Assembly: GCA_013822015.1 (NCBI GenBank)
Contig: PNJU01000001.1
Span: 16,797 to 80,796 of the forward strand
From: Candidatus Puniceispirillum sp.
Lineage (GTDB): Bacteria > Pseudomonadota > Alphaproteobacteria > Caedimonadales > UBA1908
Direction: 5' to 3'
Length of the DNA stretch: 64,000 nt
Positions 1-7,237 of the stretch are shown piece after piece (positions within the stretch are counted from its first letter, which is position 1; each line of letters starts with the position of its first letter). The notes under the pieces were generated by a model. That model was not told where the DNA came from and did not search any database. It saw nothing but the letters and a program-made list of their open reading frames with translations. The translations under genes were made by a program, and so were the position numbers.

Positions 1-101
1 TTACCGTCACCAGGGCGAAGATCCCGACGACAAGGTGGACTTGTTCCTATGGCCCATGACCCTTGATGACGAGGAGCAAGGCGACTGAGAAGGACCATCC
101 C

Positions 102-455
102 ATGAAGGGCGTAACGACCAAGACACTATTTTTTTTGCTGATCTGTTCGCCCGCCCCGTGGGAGGCGTCCCACGCGTCTTTTGAGGGAGAGGATCCTTTC
201 TTTGACACCATCGCCTTCACAAAGGCGGCCATTGTCAGTGCCCTGGAAGACCCCTCGACGGTGTGCATCAATGATACGGACTACGACGTCACGGTGCCCG
301 TGGCTCCCGCCGATAGCTATGCCTTATGGTCACGATTACCTCCGGATACATCCTTGACTTTCCACATGTACGGGCCAAAGATATGGACGTACGTGTATTC
401 CCTTTCAGGTCCTGATAAAAGACTTCTCATTCGCCTCTTACCCAGGCACACCTGA
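102..455 (+). CDS. small secreted protein, tandem family member P1 (unknown function)
   Basis: ORF 63..455. ATG at 102 follows GAGAAGGA. Hydrophobic N-terminus ends WEA|S. The mature part (FEGEDPFFD..FTK..LTF..GPKIW..RLLP) aligns with its neighbours and with the decayed copy at 1303..1564. Confidence 0.6.
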   Translation: MKGVTTKTLFFLLICSPAPWEASHASFEGEDPFFDTIAFTKAAIVSALEDPSTVCINDTDYDVTVPVAPADSYALWSRLPPDTSLTFHMYGPKIWTYVYSLSGPDKRLLIRLLPRHT

Positions 456-500
456 AACGGCCAACACGTGACAGTGGGTCAATTTTGGAGACACAACATC

Positions 501-863
501 ATGACTAAAATGAAGATTCTCTTGACTTTGGGCGCCTTGTCTTTAGGGGCCGTGCCGTGTGAGGCCACACGCCTTTTCAGCGGTGAAATTGAGCCAGACA
601 TTGACGGAATTATAGCCACAAAACAAGCCTTAACCCCTTATTTTGGAAAGACAATTTCTTTGGACGGCCAAATGCATCAACTAACAACTTTGAGTGCTTT
701 TTCCCAGGAAGAATGGGACGCCTTAGACGATAATGCCAAGGTTATATTTCGTCGTGAGCCTTGCGAAAATGAGGACTGGATTTGCACTATCATGCGTGAT
801 GATGGGAAGAGCTACGACGTGCTGCGTGTGCGTGCCAATGCCCTCACAACACCAACAAGGTAA
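501..863 (+). CDS. small secreted protein, tandem family member P2
   Basis: ORF 468..863. ATG 501 lies 10 nt after GGAG. Signal peptide MTKMKILLTLGALSLGAVPCEA|T. LFSGEIEPDIDGIIATK aligns with P3 FFSHETIPEIDSFTTTK. Confidence 0.65.
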   Translation: MTKMKILLTLGALSLGAVPCEATRLFSGEIEPDIDGIIATKQALTPYFGKTISLDGQMHQLTTLSAFSQEEWDALDDNAKVIFRREPCENEDWICTIMRDDGKSYDVLRVRANALTTPTR

Positions 864-878
864 AAGGCGCGCCAATCC

Positions 879-1253
879 CTATGCACTTTTTTTGATGTGG
901 CATAGAGGCAAGCCCCTGGAGGAGCCCCTGCGCAAAAGACGATTGTCGAACGCAAGCGGCCTCCCCCTTGGGGCGTCCATGGAAAAACGCCTTGTAATGA
1001 TTACAAATATCACAAAAAACCATGGACTCGTAAGGATAACAAAGTCATTTCCTTGCCATAGAAAAAAGTTACAAAGGCACGGCCACAGTTTCGTGAACCC
1101 CATGGGAGAAAATTGATTTATAAATGTGACCCGAGGACCTTGATCCTGGGCACAAAGATCACTAAATATAGCCGAACCATTATAATTTGATAATGCGTCA
1201 CTCGCCTCTCGTGTATACGTATACACGTCGCTTTCCTCGTATCCTGTTATCAC
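879..1253 (-). CDS. hypothetical ORF whose first ~30 codons lie inside repeat R; probably a gene fragment
   Basis: The N-terminus (V/M)ITGYEESDVYTYTREASDALSNYNGSAI is nearly identical to the translated start of the disrupted gene at 43116. The remainder is W/C/F-rich and unlike anything else in the window. Confidence 0.25.
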   Translation of the reverse strand: MITGYEESDVYTYTREASDALSNYNGSAIFSDLCAQDQGPRVTFINQFSPMGFTKLWPCLCNFFLWQGNDFVILTSPWFFVIFVIITRRFSMDAPRGRPLAFDNRLLRRGSSRGLPLCHIKKSA

Positions 1254-1272
1254 ATTAAACTGTTCTAGCTAT
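1167..1272 (-). repeat. repeat R copy 1 (106 bp)
   Basis: Its reverse complement matches 43097..43202 almost base for base (ATAGCTAGAACAGTTTAATGTGATAACAGGATACGAGGAAAGCGACGTGTATA...GGTTCGGCTATA). Contains the perfect 16-bp palindrome GTGTATACGTATACAC at 1211..1226. Confidence 0.85.
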
Positions 1273-1302
1273 AAGACATTTTATATGCAATGGATGGTCG
1301 CC

Positions 1303-1564
1303 AAAACGCCCTTCCTTTTGGGGATCACAGCGCCCAAAACACCTCCACAGCGTGTGCATTGAAAACATGGACGCTGAGGTCAGGATCCCTTTTACCACTT
1401 GTGGCATCCATGCCATGTGGTCACGCATTTCGGCATAGCCATCCTTGACTTTCAAAAGCGACGGGCCAAAAATATGGACTCATGAGTACGTGCTTGAAGA
1501 TTCAAGAGAAAAAACCTCTGGTCCGCTTAACGCCAGTCGCCACATCGTCGCGCGCGCCTCATGA
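1303..1564 (+). pseudogene. decayed, 5'-truncated member of the P family (closest to P1)
   Basis: Translation KTPFLLGITAPK / HSVCIENMDAEVRIPF..AMWSRISA*PSLTFKSDGPKIWTHEYVL aligns with P1 DPFFDTIAFTK..TVCINDTDYDVTVPV..ALWSRLPPDTSLTFHMYGPKIWTYVYSL. There is one frameshift near 1340-1350 and an in-frame TAG at 1436. The signal-peptide part is absent and repeat R abuts the 5' end. Confidence 0.6.
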
Positions 1565-1594
1565 CGTTTAGACATTTATTGGAGTACTATTACT

Positions 1595-1948
1595 ATGACG
1601 AGACAAAAGATTCTTTTCACACTAAGCTCCCTCTATCTAGGTATGGCCTCTTGCCAGGCTTCTGAATTTTTCAGCCACGAAACCATTCCCGAAATTGATA
1701 GTTTCACCACCACAAAGAAGAGCATCACCCCGTTTGTGGGCAAAGTGGTCCGCGTCAACTGTGAGAAATTTCAGTGTAACGTTTGCGATGCGGGGGCGCC
1801 GTTCCTCAACAGACTCAGTGAAGGTGACAAGGTGACTTTCTACCGCTCACTGGGACAGAGCCGTGAGTTCTACGCAAATTTTATAAGTGGCGGGAAGAAC
1901 CATGAGATGTTGCGCCTCATTCCCGTGACGCACTCCAGCGCGAAGTAG
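1595..1948 (+). CDS. small secreted protein, tandem family member P3
   Basis: Signal peptide MTRQKILFTLSSLYLGMASCQA|S. FFSHETIPEIDSFTTTK motif. C-terminal MLRLIPVTH resembles P4 VRVRMIPIPH. Confidence 0.65.
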   Translation: MTRQKILFTLSSLYLGMASCQASEFFSHETIPEIDSFTTTKKSITPFVGKVVRVNCEKFQCNVCDAGAPFLNRLSEGDKVTFYRSLGQSREFYANFISGGKNHEMLRLIPVTHSSAK

Positions 1949-2101
1949 GATCCCCTTCGCTGGCGTGCGGGGGGCGCCCTGCACGCCAAAGAGCGGGAGT
2001 CAAAAATATGCCTCCCTTTCAAAGGCATTCACATAGCCTACATACCTCCGTTATGCTATCCCCATCGTCAGCCAAATAAACCATATGCTGGAGAAGATGT
2101 T

Positions 2102-2467
2102 ATGATGCCCCTCACCCCAAAAATCCTTATGACCACGATCGGTCTCACGTTTTGCGCACAGTACACACATGCCCAAGGAGACTTCTTCTCCGACGAAGAA
2201 GACCCGGGTATTTTTCACGTCACCTTGACAAAGCAGATGCTTGCGCCCCATTTAGGCACGCCCGTCACCGTCGATAATACGCCTCATCTGTGCACAGCCA
2301 TGGAAGGCCTTGGGTATGAGCAGTGGGTTGCCCTTCCACCAGGCACGCCCGTTATATTCCTGCGTCACGGTGGAGAAGGGAGCGCGTGGGTCTATGATCA
2401 CTTGTTGGGAGGAAACGGCGCACAACACCACGTGCGCGTACGCATGATCCCCATTCCACACCCATAG
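2102..2467 (+). CDS. small secreted protein, tandem family member P4
   Basis: Signal peptide ending THA|Q. DFFSDEEDPGIFHVTLTK motif. C-terminal VRVRMIPIPHP. Confidence 0.6.
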   Translation: MMPLTPKILMTTIGLTFCAQYTHAQGDFFSDEEDPGIFHVTLTKQMLAPHLGTPVTVDNTPHLCTAMEGLGYEQWVALPPGTPVIFLRHGGEGSAWVYDHLLGGNGAQHHVRVRMIPIPHP

Positions 2468-2477
2468 AGGATTTTCC

Positions 2478-2831
2478 ATGAACCTTTACATGCTTTTTCT
2501 GTTGACCCTTTTAGGCGCCACACACGGCCTGGCCTCACAGAATGAAGGCCCTTTTATTGAGGGACAAGCGCTGCACCTGCGGCGTGATACCCTTTGGAAC
2601 GCCTGGGAGAGCGACGCGGAAATTCTCTCTGGTGACAAGGCCTATGAGATTTTGGGATTTGCCGAAGGCGCCGAACGCCAGAGGTTGAGGGCCATGGACG
2701 CCAACACCATGCTTGTTCTTCCGTGGTCTTACGGCGCGTGGCGCCTGGATATGGACCAATATGCCAATGACCCTAACGCGGGCCCGGGCGTTCGCCTTTC
2801 CGTCAGACCCTTTCGTCCAGATATCCCCTAG
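2478..2831 (+). CDS. small secreted protein, divergent tandem family member P5
   Basis: Same size, position and orientation as P1-P4. Signal peptide ending GLA|S. C-terminal VRLSVRPFRP. The internal match to the family is weaker. Confidence 0.5.
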   Translation: MNLYMLFLLTLLGATHGLASQNEGPFIEGQALHLRRDTLWNAWESDAEILSGDKAYEILGFAEGAERQRLRAMDANTMLVLPWSYGAWRLDMDQYANDPNAGPGVRLSVRPFRPDIP

Positions 2832-3577
2832 AGCTTCAGACCGCGGTGGAGCGCCACCACCCCGTATGTCATGTTAAGGTAGGAGACTTGCGCAAAGCCT
2901 GCGTCCTCCAGGTGCGCCGCCAGCAGTGTTTGCTCTGGAAAACGCTCAATACTTTCGACAAGATAGCGGTAGGCGGCCTCATCGTCGGCCACAAGTCCCC
3001 CAAGGCGCGGGATGACCTCAAAGGCGTACTTTTTATAAAGGGCGCGCGGAAGAGCGTGGGTGATTTTACTGAATTCCAAGCAAAAGAAGCTGCCCCCAGG
3101 CCTCAGGACACGGCGCGCCTCACGCAGCGCCGCCTCAATATCCGTCACATTGCGCAGACCAAAGGAAATGGTGTAGGCGTCAAAGGTATTGTCCTCAAAA
3201 GGCAGATCTTCTGCGCGCCCGCATACCCAGGTGAGGTCAGCACAGTCCCCGCTATCGAGGGCATTCTTGCGCCCTTCCTCCAACATGGCCGGATTGGGAT
3301 CACACAGGTAAAAACGCCCCTGCCCTTCTTGAAGGCGCGCCTTCAGACGCCTAGCAATATCCCCGGTTCCAGCGGCCACGTCCAAGTAAACGCCTCCCGG
3401 GCGCACGCTGACCTGGTTGACAAGCTCGCGCTTCCACAGGCGGTGGAGTCCGCCGCTCATAAGGTCATTCATAATGTCATAGCGCGGCGCAACCCGGCGA
3501 AAAACGTCGCCCACAAGGCCGGCCTTCGCGCCAAAATCCACGTCCTCAAATCCAAAAGAGACTTTACGCTCACCCAT
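2828..3577 (-). CDS. ubiE: ubiquinone/menaquinone biosynthesis C-methyltransferase UbiE
   Basis: VFRRVAPRYDIMNDLMSGGLHRLWK, LDVAAGTGDIA (SAM motif I), LPFEDNTFDAYTISFGLRNV. ATG at 3577 gives 249 aa. The longer 353-aa ORF would overlap the divergent gene. Confidence 0.9.
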   Translation of the reverse strand: MGERKVSFGFEDVDFGAKAGLVGDVFRRVAPRYDIMNDLMSGGLHRLWKRELVNQVSVRPGGVYLDVAAGTGDIARRLKARLQEGQGRFYLCDPNPAMLEEGRKNALDSGDCADLTWVCGRAEDLPFEDNTFDAYTISFGLRNVTDIEAALREARRVLRPGGSFFCLEFSKITHALPRALYKKYAFEVIPRLGGLVADDEAAYRYLVESIERFPEQTLLAAHLEDAGFAQVSYLNMTYGVVALHRGLKL

Positions 3578-3749
3578 GACTTTTCTCCACGTCCACATGT
3601 GGGCCCAGCATATCATGGGCGCACACATTTTCACGACTGAAAACAAAAGCCCTTCCCCCACAAGCCCCCCTTCATAAGACCCGTGGTTTTTTGCGCGCAC
3701 CCATGCTATGGAGAAAATAAATATGGTTATACAACAGACAGGAAATACC

Positions 3750-4037
3750 ATGGACCGCACAACCATTGAAATTGTTGGCATGCTCGCCGGCCTTTGCACA
3801 ACAGGCGCCTTTTTACCCCAGGTGGTGAAAGTCTGGCAGACCCGCTCATGCTCGGACATCTCCCTTGTCATGTACGTCATTCTTGTCATTGGCTTGGCAA
3901 CCTGGATTGCTTACGGGCTCCTCCTTGGCTCCATGTCCGTGATCATCGCCAATATCGTCACATTGTTTTTGGCAGGCGCCGTCCTTATCATGAAGCTCCT
4001 GTGGGGCAAAAAGACCCACGACGCGTCCCATGGCTAA
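3750..4037 (+). CDS. SemiSWEET / PQ-loop family small transporter
   Basis: About 95 aa with three hydrophobic helices. PQ-loop signature [15 protein letters not shown]. Confidence 0.65.
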   Translation: MDRTTIEIVGMLAGLCTTGAFLPQVVKVWQTRSCSDISLVMYVILVIGLATWIAYGLLLGSMSVIIANIVTLFLAGAVLIMKLLWGKKTHDASHG

Positions 4038-4614
4038 GCTTTATTTTTACTACTCCGCCATGAATGCGGGTAAGACCACGACCCTGTTGCAATCCAACTA
4101 TAACTACCGCGAGCGGGGCATGGAGACGCTTCTTTTTACCCCCAGTATCGACACGCGCCGGGCACGCGGCGTGATTTCCTCGCGCATCGGGCTGGAGGCG
4201 GACGCCTATCCCGTGGACGATACCTTTGATTTCTTTGAGTTTGTATCGCGCGCGCGTGGGGAGATACCCAAGCTTGCGTGCGTCTTGGTGGACGAGGCGC
4301 AGTTTCTGACCAAGGCCCAGGTGGTGCAGCTGAGCAAAGTGACGACCCTGTTGAAGTTGCCCGTCCTGTGTTATGGCCTGCGCACGGATTTTCAGGGCGA
4401 GCCCTTTGAAGGGAGCAAGTACCTCCTGTCTTGGGCCCAGGAAATGACTGAGATCAAAACCATCTGTCATTGTGGCAGCAAAGCGACCATGAACCTGCGC
4501 GTGGACGCCCACGGCCGCGCGGTGAAGGAAGGCCCTGCCGTCGAGGTGGGTGGCAATGAGCGCTATGTGGCCCTGTGCCGCAAGCACTATGATACGGCTG
4601 TGGAAAACCCATGA
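4030..4614 (+). CDS. tdk: thymidine kinase
   Basis: [12 protein letters not shown]-loop, VLVDEAQF, C-terminal zinc ribbon CHCG...ALCRKHY. Confidence 0.93.
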   Translation: MAKLYFYYSAMNAGKTTTLLQSNYNYRERGMETLLFTPSIDTRRARGVISSRIGLEADAYPVDDTFDFFEFVSRARGEIPKLACVLVDEAQFLTKAQVVQLSKVTTLLKLPVLCYGLRTDFQGEPFEGSKYLLSWAQEMTEIKTICHCGSKATMNLRVDAHGRAVKEGPAVEVGGNERYVALCRKHYDTAVENP

Positions 4615-5066
4615 GCGCACCCTCAAATCGCCCCAAAGTCGGTGTCGGTGTCCTCCTGTTCAACGACGCTGGACACCTCCTTTTAGGACAGCGCAAAGGT
4701 GCCCACGGGGAAGACACCTGGGGCCCGCCAGGCGGACATCTGGAGTTTGGAGAAACCTTGGAAGGGTGCGCGTCACGCGAGCTTTTGGAAGAAACAGGCG
4801 TACGTGCCCAGGACTTCACCTTTTTGGGGTTGACCAATGACGTATTTGAAGAAGAAGGCAAACACTACATCTCTCTTTTCATGCGCGCGGATCTGCCCCC
4901 TGGTCAGGAGATCGTCAACTGTGAGCCCCATAAAACCCACGCCTGGCAGTGGTTCGCGCCAGACGCCCTTCCAGAAAATCTCTTTCTGCCCCTTGCCAGC
5001 TTTATGGCAAAGAAGGTGTATGGGGCGCCGGCGGACGGCTTACCCTTTAATTGCAATCCCGCATAG
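4611..5066 (+). CDS. NUDIX hydrolase
   Basis: Nudix box [27 protein letters not shown] overlap with the tdk stop. Confidence 0.85.
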   Translation: MSAPSNRPKVGVGVLLFNDAGHLLLGQRKGAHGEDTWGPPGGHLEFGETLEGCASRELLEETGVRAQDFTFLGLTNDVFEEEGKHYISLFMRADLPPGQEIVNCEPHKTHAWQWFAPDALPENLFLPLASFMAKKVYGAPADGLPFNCNPA

Positions 5067-5090
5067 ACACCTTAAATATATGCGTAGATC

Positions 5091-6515
5091 CTAAAGGGCT
5101 TCCAGGCGAGGGGTCCTGTCCAAAAAGGCGTTGACCTTGCCCCATGCTTCTTTGGAAAGACCTGAATGTTCTAAAAATTGCCAACCTGCACGTTTTATAC
5201 TTTTCAAAGGCTCAGGATCGAAGGACCTGAGGCTAAAGCATTCATGAAGGAAAAGGTGACTAATTATTTCCACATCCCCAAGAGCCTTTGTGTCAAATGA
5301 ACGCAAAGCGCTGCATTGTCCCATAAAGTTTTCTGGAATTATTTCGACGTTTGAGAGGCCACCCGTATGAATGGACTCAAGTGCGATGCATTCTCCAAGA
5401 AAACTAAAGTCTATGGTTTTCACTTTTTGAAAGCCCCTTGTATCAAGGGATTTTAGGCGCGTGTCTCCGTACATAAAGCAATTACCGATATCTGTAACGT
5501 TTTGGAGTCCCCTGGTGTCTATGGACAAGAGATGTTTGCAGTCAACGAGAAACTCGTCGCTGATGTGCGTCACACTGGTCAATCCCTTGGTGCTGAGCGA
5601 CCGAAGAGACTGGCTGGACTGCAAAAAATCCCATCCAATGGCTGTGATCTTCCCATGGGGGTCCGCAAGCACCAAATGATGGAGATTTACGGGAAGATCA
5701 TCCTTTGACATGGTAAGTCCATCGGTTTGCACAAAGGTATCATCATCAAGGGCCAGCACCACCGTGTGGTCGTTACGGGTGGCCAGTAGGGTGTTGAGTC
5801 TCTCTTTATGCGCTTTAAAGTTCCCTGCACGCACCACAATGGCGTGGGCATGTGCGCTGAGTGCTTCCTCGTCCTGTGTCTTATCTGACCCACTAAAATA
5901 AAGGTGGGGGACGCTATTGCCAAGTTTGGCCACATAAGCGCCCACGGCAAGAAGGGTCTTTTCACTCACCGTGTCTTGCACCAAGATCTGGGGGAGGGCC
6001 GCTAAAACGCACGACAGTGGCGCCTCGTCTTTTGGTGCCTTTGCACCAAAAAGAGACGCCCTCCATGACGCAACAATTCCCTCATCCCCCTGTAAATCCT
6101 TGGCACTCAAAAGACGTGCACCTTCAGGGTAAGCGCTTGCACCCGCACAAACATGTTCAAGGGGTACAAAACCCTTCTTTTCAAGATTTTGCGCCATAGT
6201 GAGCGTCAAAATTTCCTGAGCAATCTCGCGTTTTTGGGCGGCAGGTGAAGTATCATAGAGATGGGCCGATAAATCAGCAGATGGACCGTGAAGTCCCTCT
6301 AAAATCTCATGCCATTGGCTGCACACGAGGGATGCACGGCCAATGTCGCCAGGCTCAAGATAAGACAAAACCTTTGTTGTGATTTCAGTAGGCACTAAGG
6401 CAAAAGGATCCCCTCTTTCCTCAACCACGTCCGTCGCACACACAGAAAAACCAAATACCAAACCAAGAAAAGATGCATTACGCAACAATTTAAGCAAGAT
6501 TTTAATCCTAAACAA
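5091..6515 (-). CDS. secreted F-box domain protein with C-terminal 25-residue leucine-rich repeats (eukaryote-like effector candidate)
   Basis: Signal-like N-terminus. LVPTEITTKVLSYLEPGDIGRASLVCSQWHEIL fits the F-box consensus LPxEI..IL.yL...DL.....VCk.W. Six repeats of the form LxS(L/F)DTxG(L/F)xxVxxIxxxFxxxCxx follow. A spot count gave about 42% G+C. Confidence 0.75.
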   Translation of the reverse strand: MFRIKILLKLLRNASFLGLVFGFSVCATDVVEERGDPFALVPTEITTKVLSYLEPGDIGRASLVCSQWHEILEGLHGPSADLSAHLYDTSPAAQKREIAQEILTLTMAQNLEKKGFVPLEHVCAGASAYPEGARLLSAKDLQGDEGIVASWRASLFGAKAPKDEAPLSCVLAALPQILVQDTVSEKTLLAVGAYVAKLGNSVPHLYFSGSDKTQDEEALSAHAHAIVVRAGNFKAHKERLNTLLATRNDHTVVLALDDDTFVQTDGLTMSKDDLPVNLHHLVLADPHGKITAIGWDFLQSSQSLRSLSTKGLTSVTHISDEFLVDCKHLLSIDTRGLQNVTDIGNCFMYGDTRLKSLDTRGFQKVKTIDFSFLGECIALESIHTGGLSNVEIIPENFMGQCSALRSFDTKALGDVEIISHLFLHECFSLRSFDPEPLKSIKRAGWQFLEHSGLSKEAWGKVNAFLDRTPRLEAL

Positions 6516-6718
6516 ACAACATGATTCTTATTTATGATCAAAAATAAAATTGTCAAATTATTTTTTTAAGAAACTTTGATTGCCAGTTTTTTCGTCCTCT
6601 TTTAAGCGTACTGCCCTTGTTCAAGAACTCCCCTTTAACGAAAACTTTACGCACCCGGCGTAAGATATGAAGTGTAATGAAATGATAGGATGCCGGAATC
6701 TGTGGAAGGAGAACCGTC

Positions 6719-7162
6719 ATGAAGTACATCTTACCCATTTTAAGTGTATACGCTCTTTTATCTGGTGCGTCAGTTGCTCACGCATCGGCGTCCAGCGAAA
6801 ATGTGCCACCCCTTGATTTGCAAAACGCTCGCAGTGACACCCAAATTGTCAGTGTGATTCAAGGTTCTCCCCGTGGATGCCTGAGCCTGACCACCGACAA
6901 TGCATTCCTCCAGAAGTTACCAGAAAACCTACATTACGGGGCGCCCCGTCAGAACGGAGCCTCTGAGGTGAATGTTTCCACGGTTTTTAATGGTCAAAAA
7001 TGGCATGCGTTGTTCTATATTGGCGCTGTAGGAACTGCGCCCAGCGGCCCAGGACGGCCCCGCATTACGCTCCCCTCATCGACTGAAGCAAAAAGGTGCC
7101 TTTATTTCTATTATGATGGCAACGGGCACGAGTACCGTTTTACGCTTGAAAAAGCAGCCTAG
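6719..7162 (+). CDS. hypothetical secreted protein
   Basis: Signal peptide MKYILPILSVYALLSGASVAHA|S. No recognisable domain. Confidence 0.5.
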   Translation: MKYILPILSVYALLSGASVAHASASSENVPPLDLQNARSDTQIVSVIQGSPRGCLSLTTDNAFLQKLPENLHYGAPRQNGASEVNVSTVFNGQKWHALFYIGAVGTAPSGPGRPRITLPSSTEAKRCLYFYYDGNGHEYRFTLEKAA

Positions 7163-7201
7163 GGAGCACGAACGCTTCTCTCGTGCGCACCCCTAACCCT
7201 G

Positions 7202-7210
7202 TGTTATAAT
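7202..7210 (+). promoter_or_regulatory. candidate extended -10 element (TGTTATAAT) upstream of the multicopper oxidase gene
   Basis: TGnTATAAT sequence 28 nt upstream of ATG 7238. No clear -35 element. Confidence 0.25.
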
Positions 7211-7237
7211 ACCCCAAAAAAGACAGGGAGATGGGAC

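Noticed and set aside
1-88. Open frame running off the left edge (...YRHQGEDPDDKVDLFLWPMTLDDEEQGD-stop)
   Set aside because: Only 29 codons are visible with no motif. It could be the 3' end of an upstream gene, but that cannot be supported from this window.
2846-3640. 264-aa plus-strand ORF
   Set aside because: Lies entirely antisense to the well-supported ubiE gene. The product is Arg/Gly/Ala/Pro-rich, typical of a shadow ORF in GC-rich coding DNA, and has no motif.
3578-3889. 104-codon N-terminal extension of the ubiE ORF (353-aa form)
   Set aside because: The UbiE homology starts at MGERKVSFGFEDV (ATG 3577, 249 aa). The extension is compositionally odd and would overlap the divergent SemiSWEET gene.
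3988-4626. 212-aa minus-strand ORF
   Set aside because: Antisense to thymidine kinase, with low-complexity Arg/His/Gly-rich translation.
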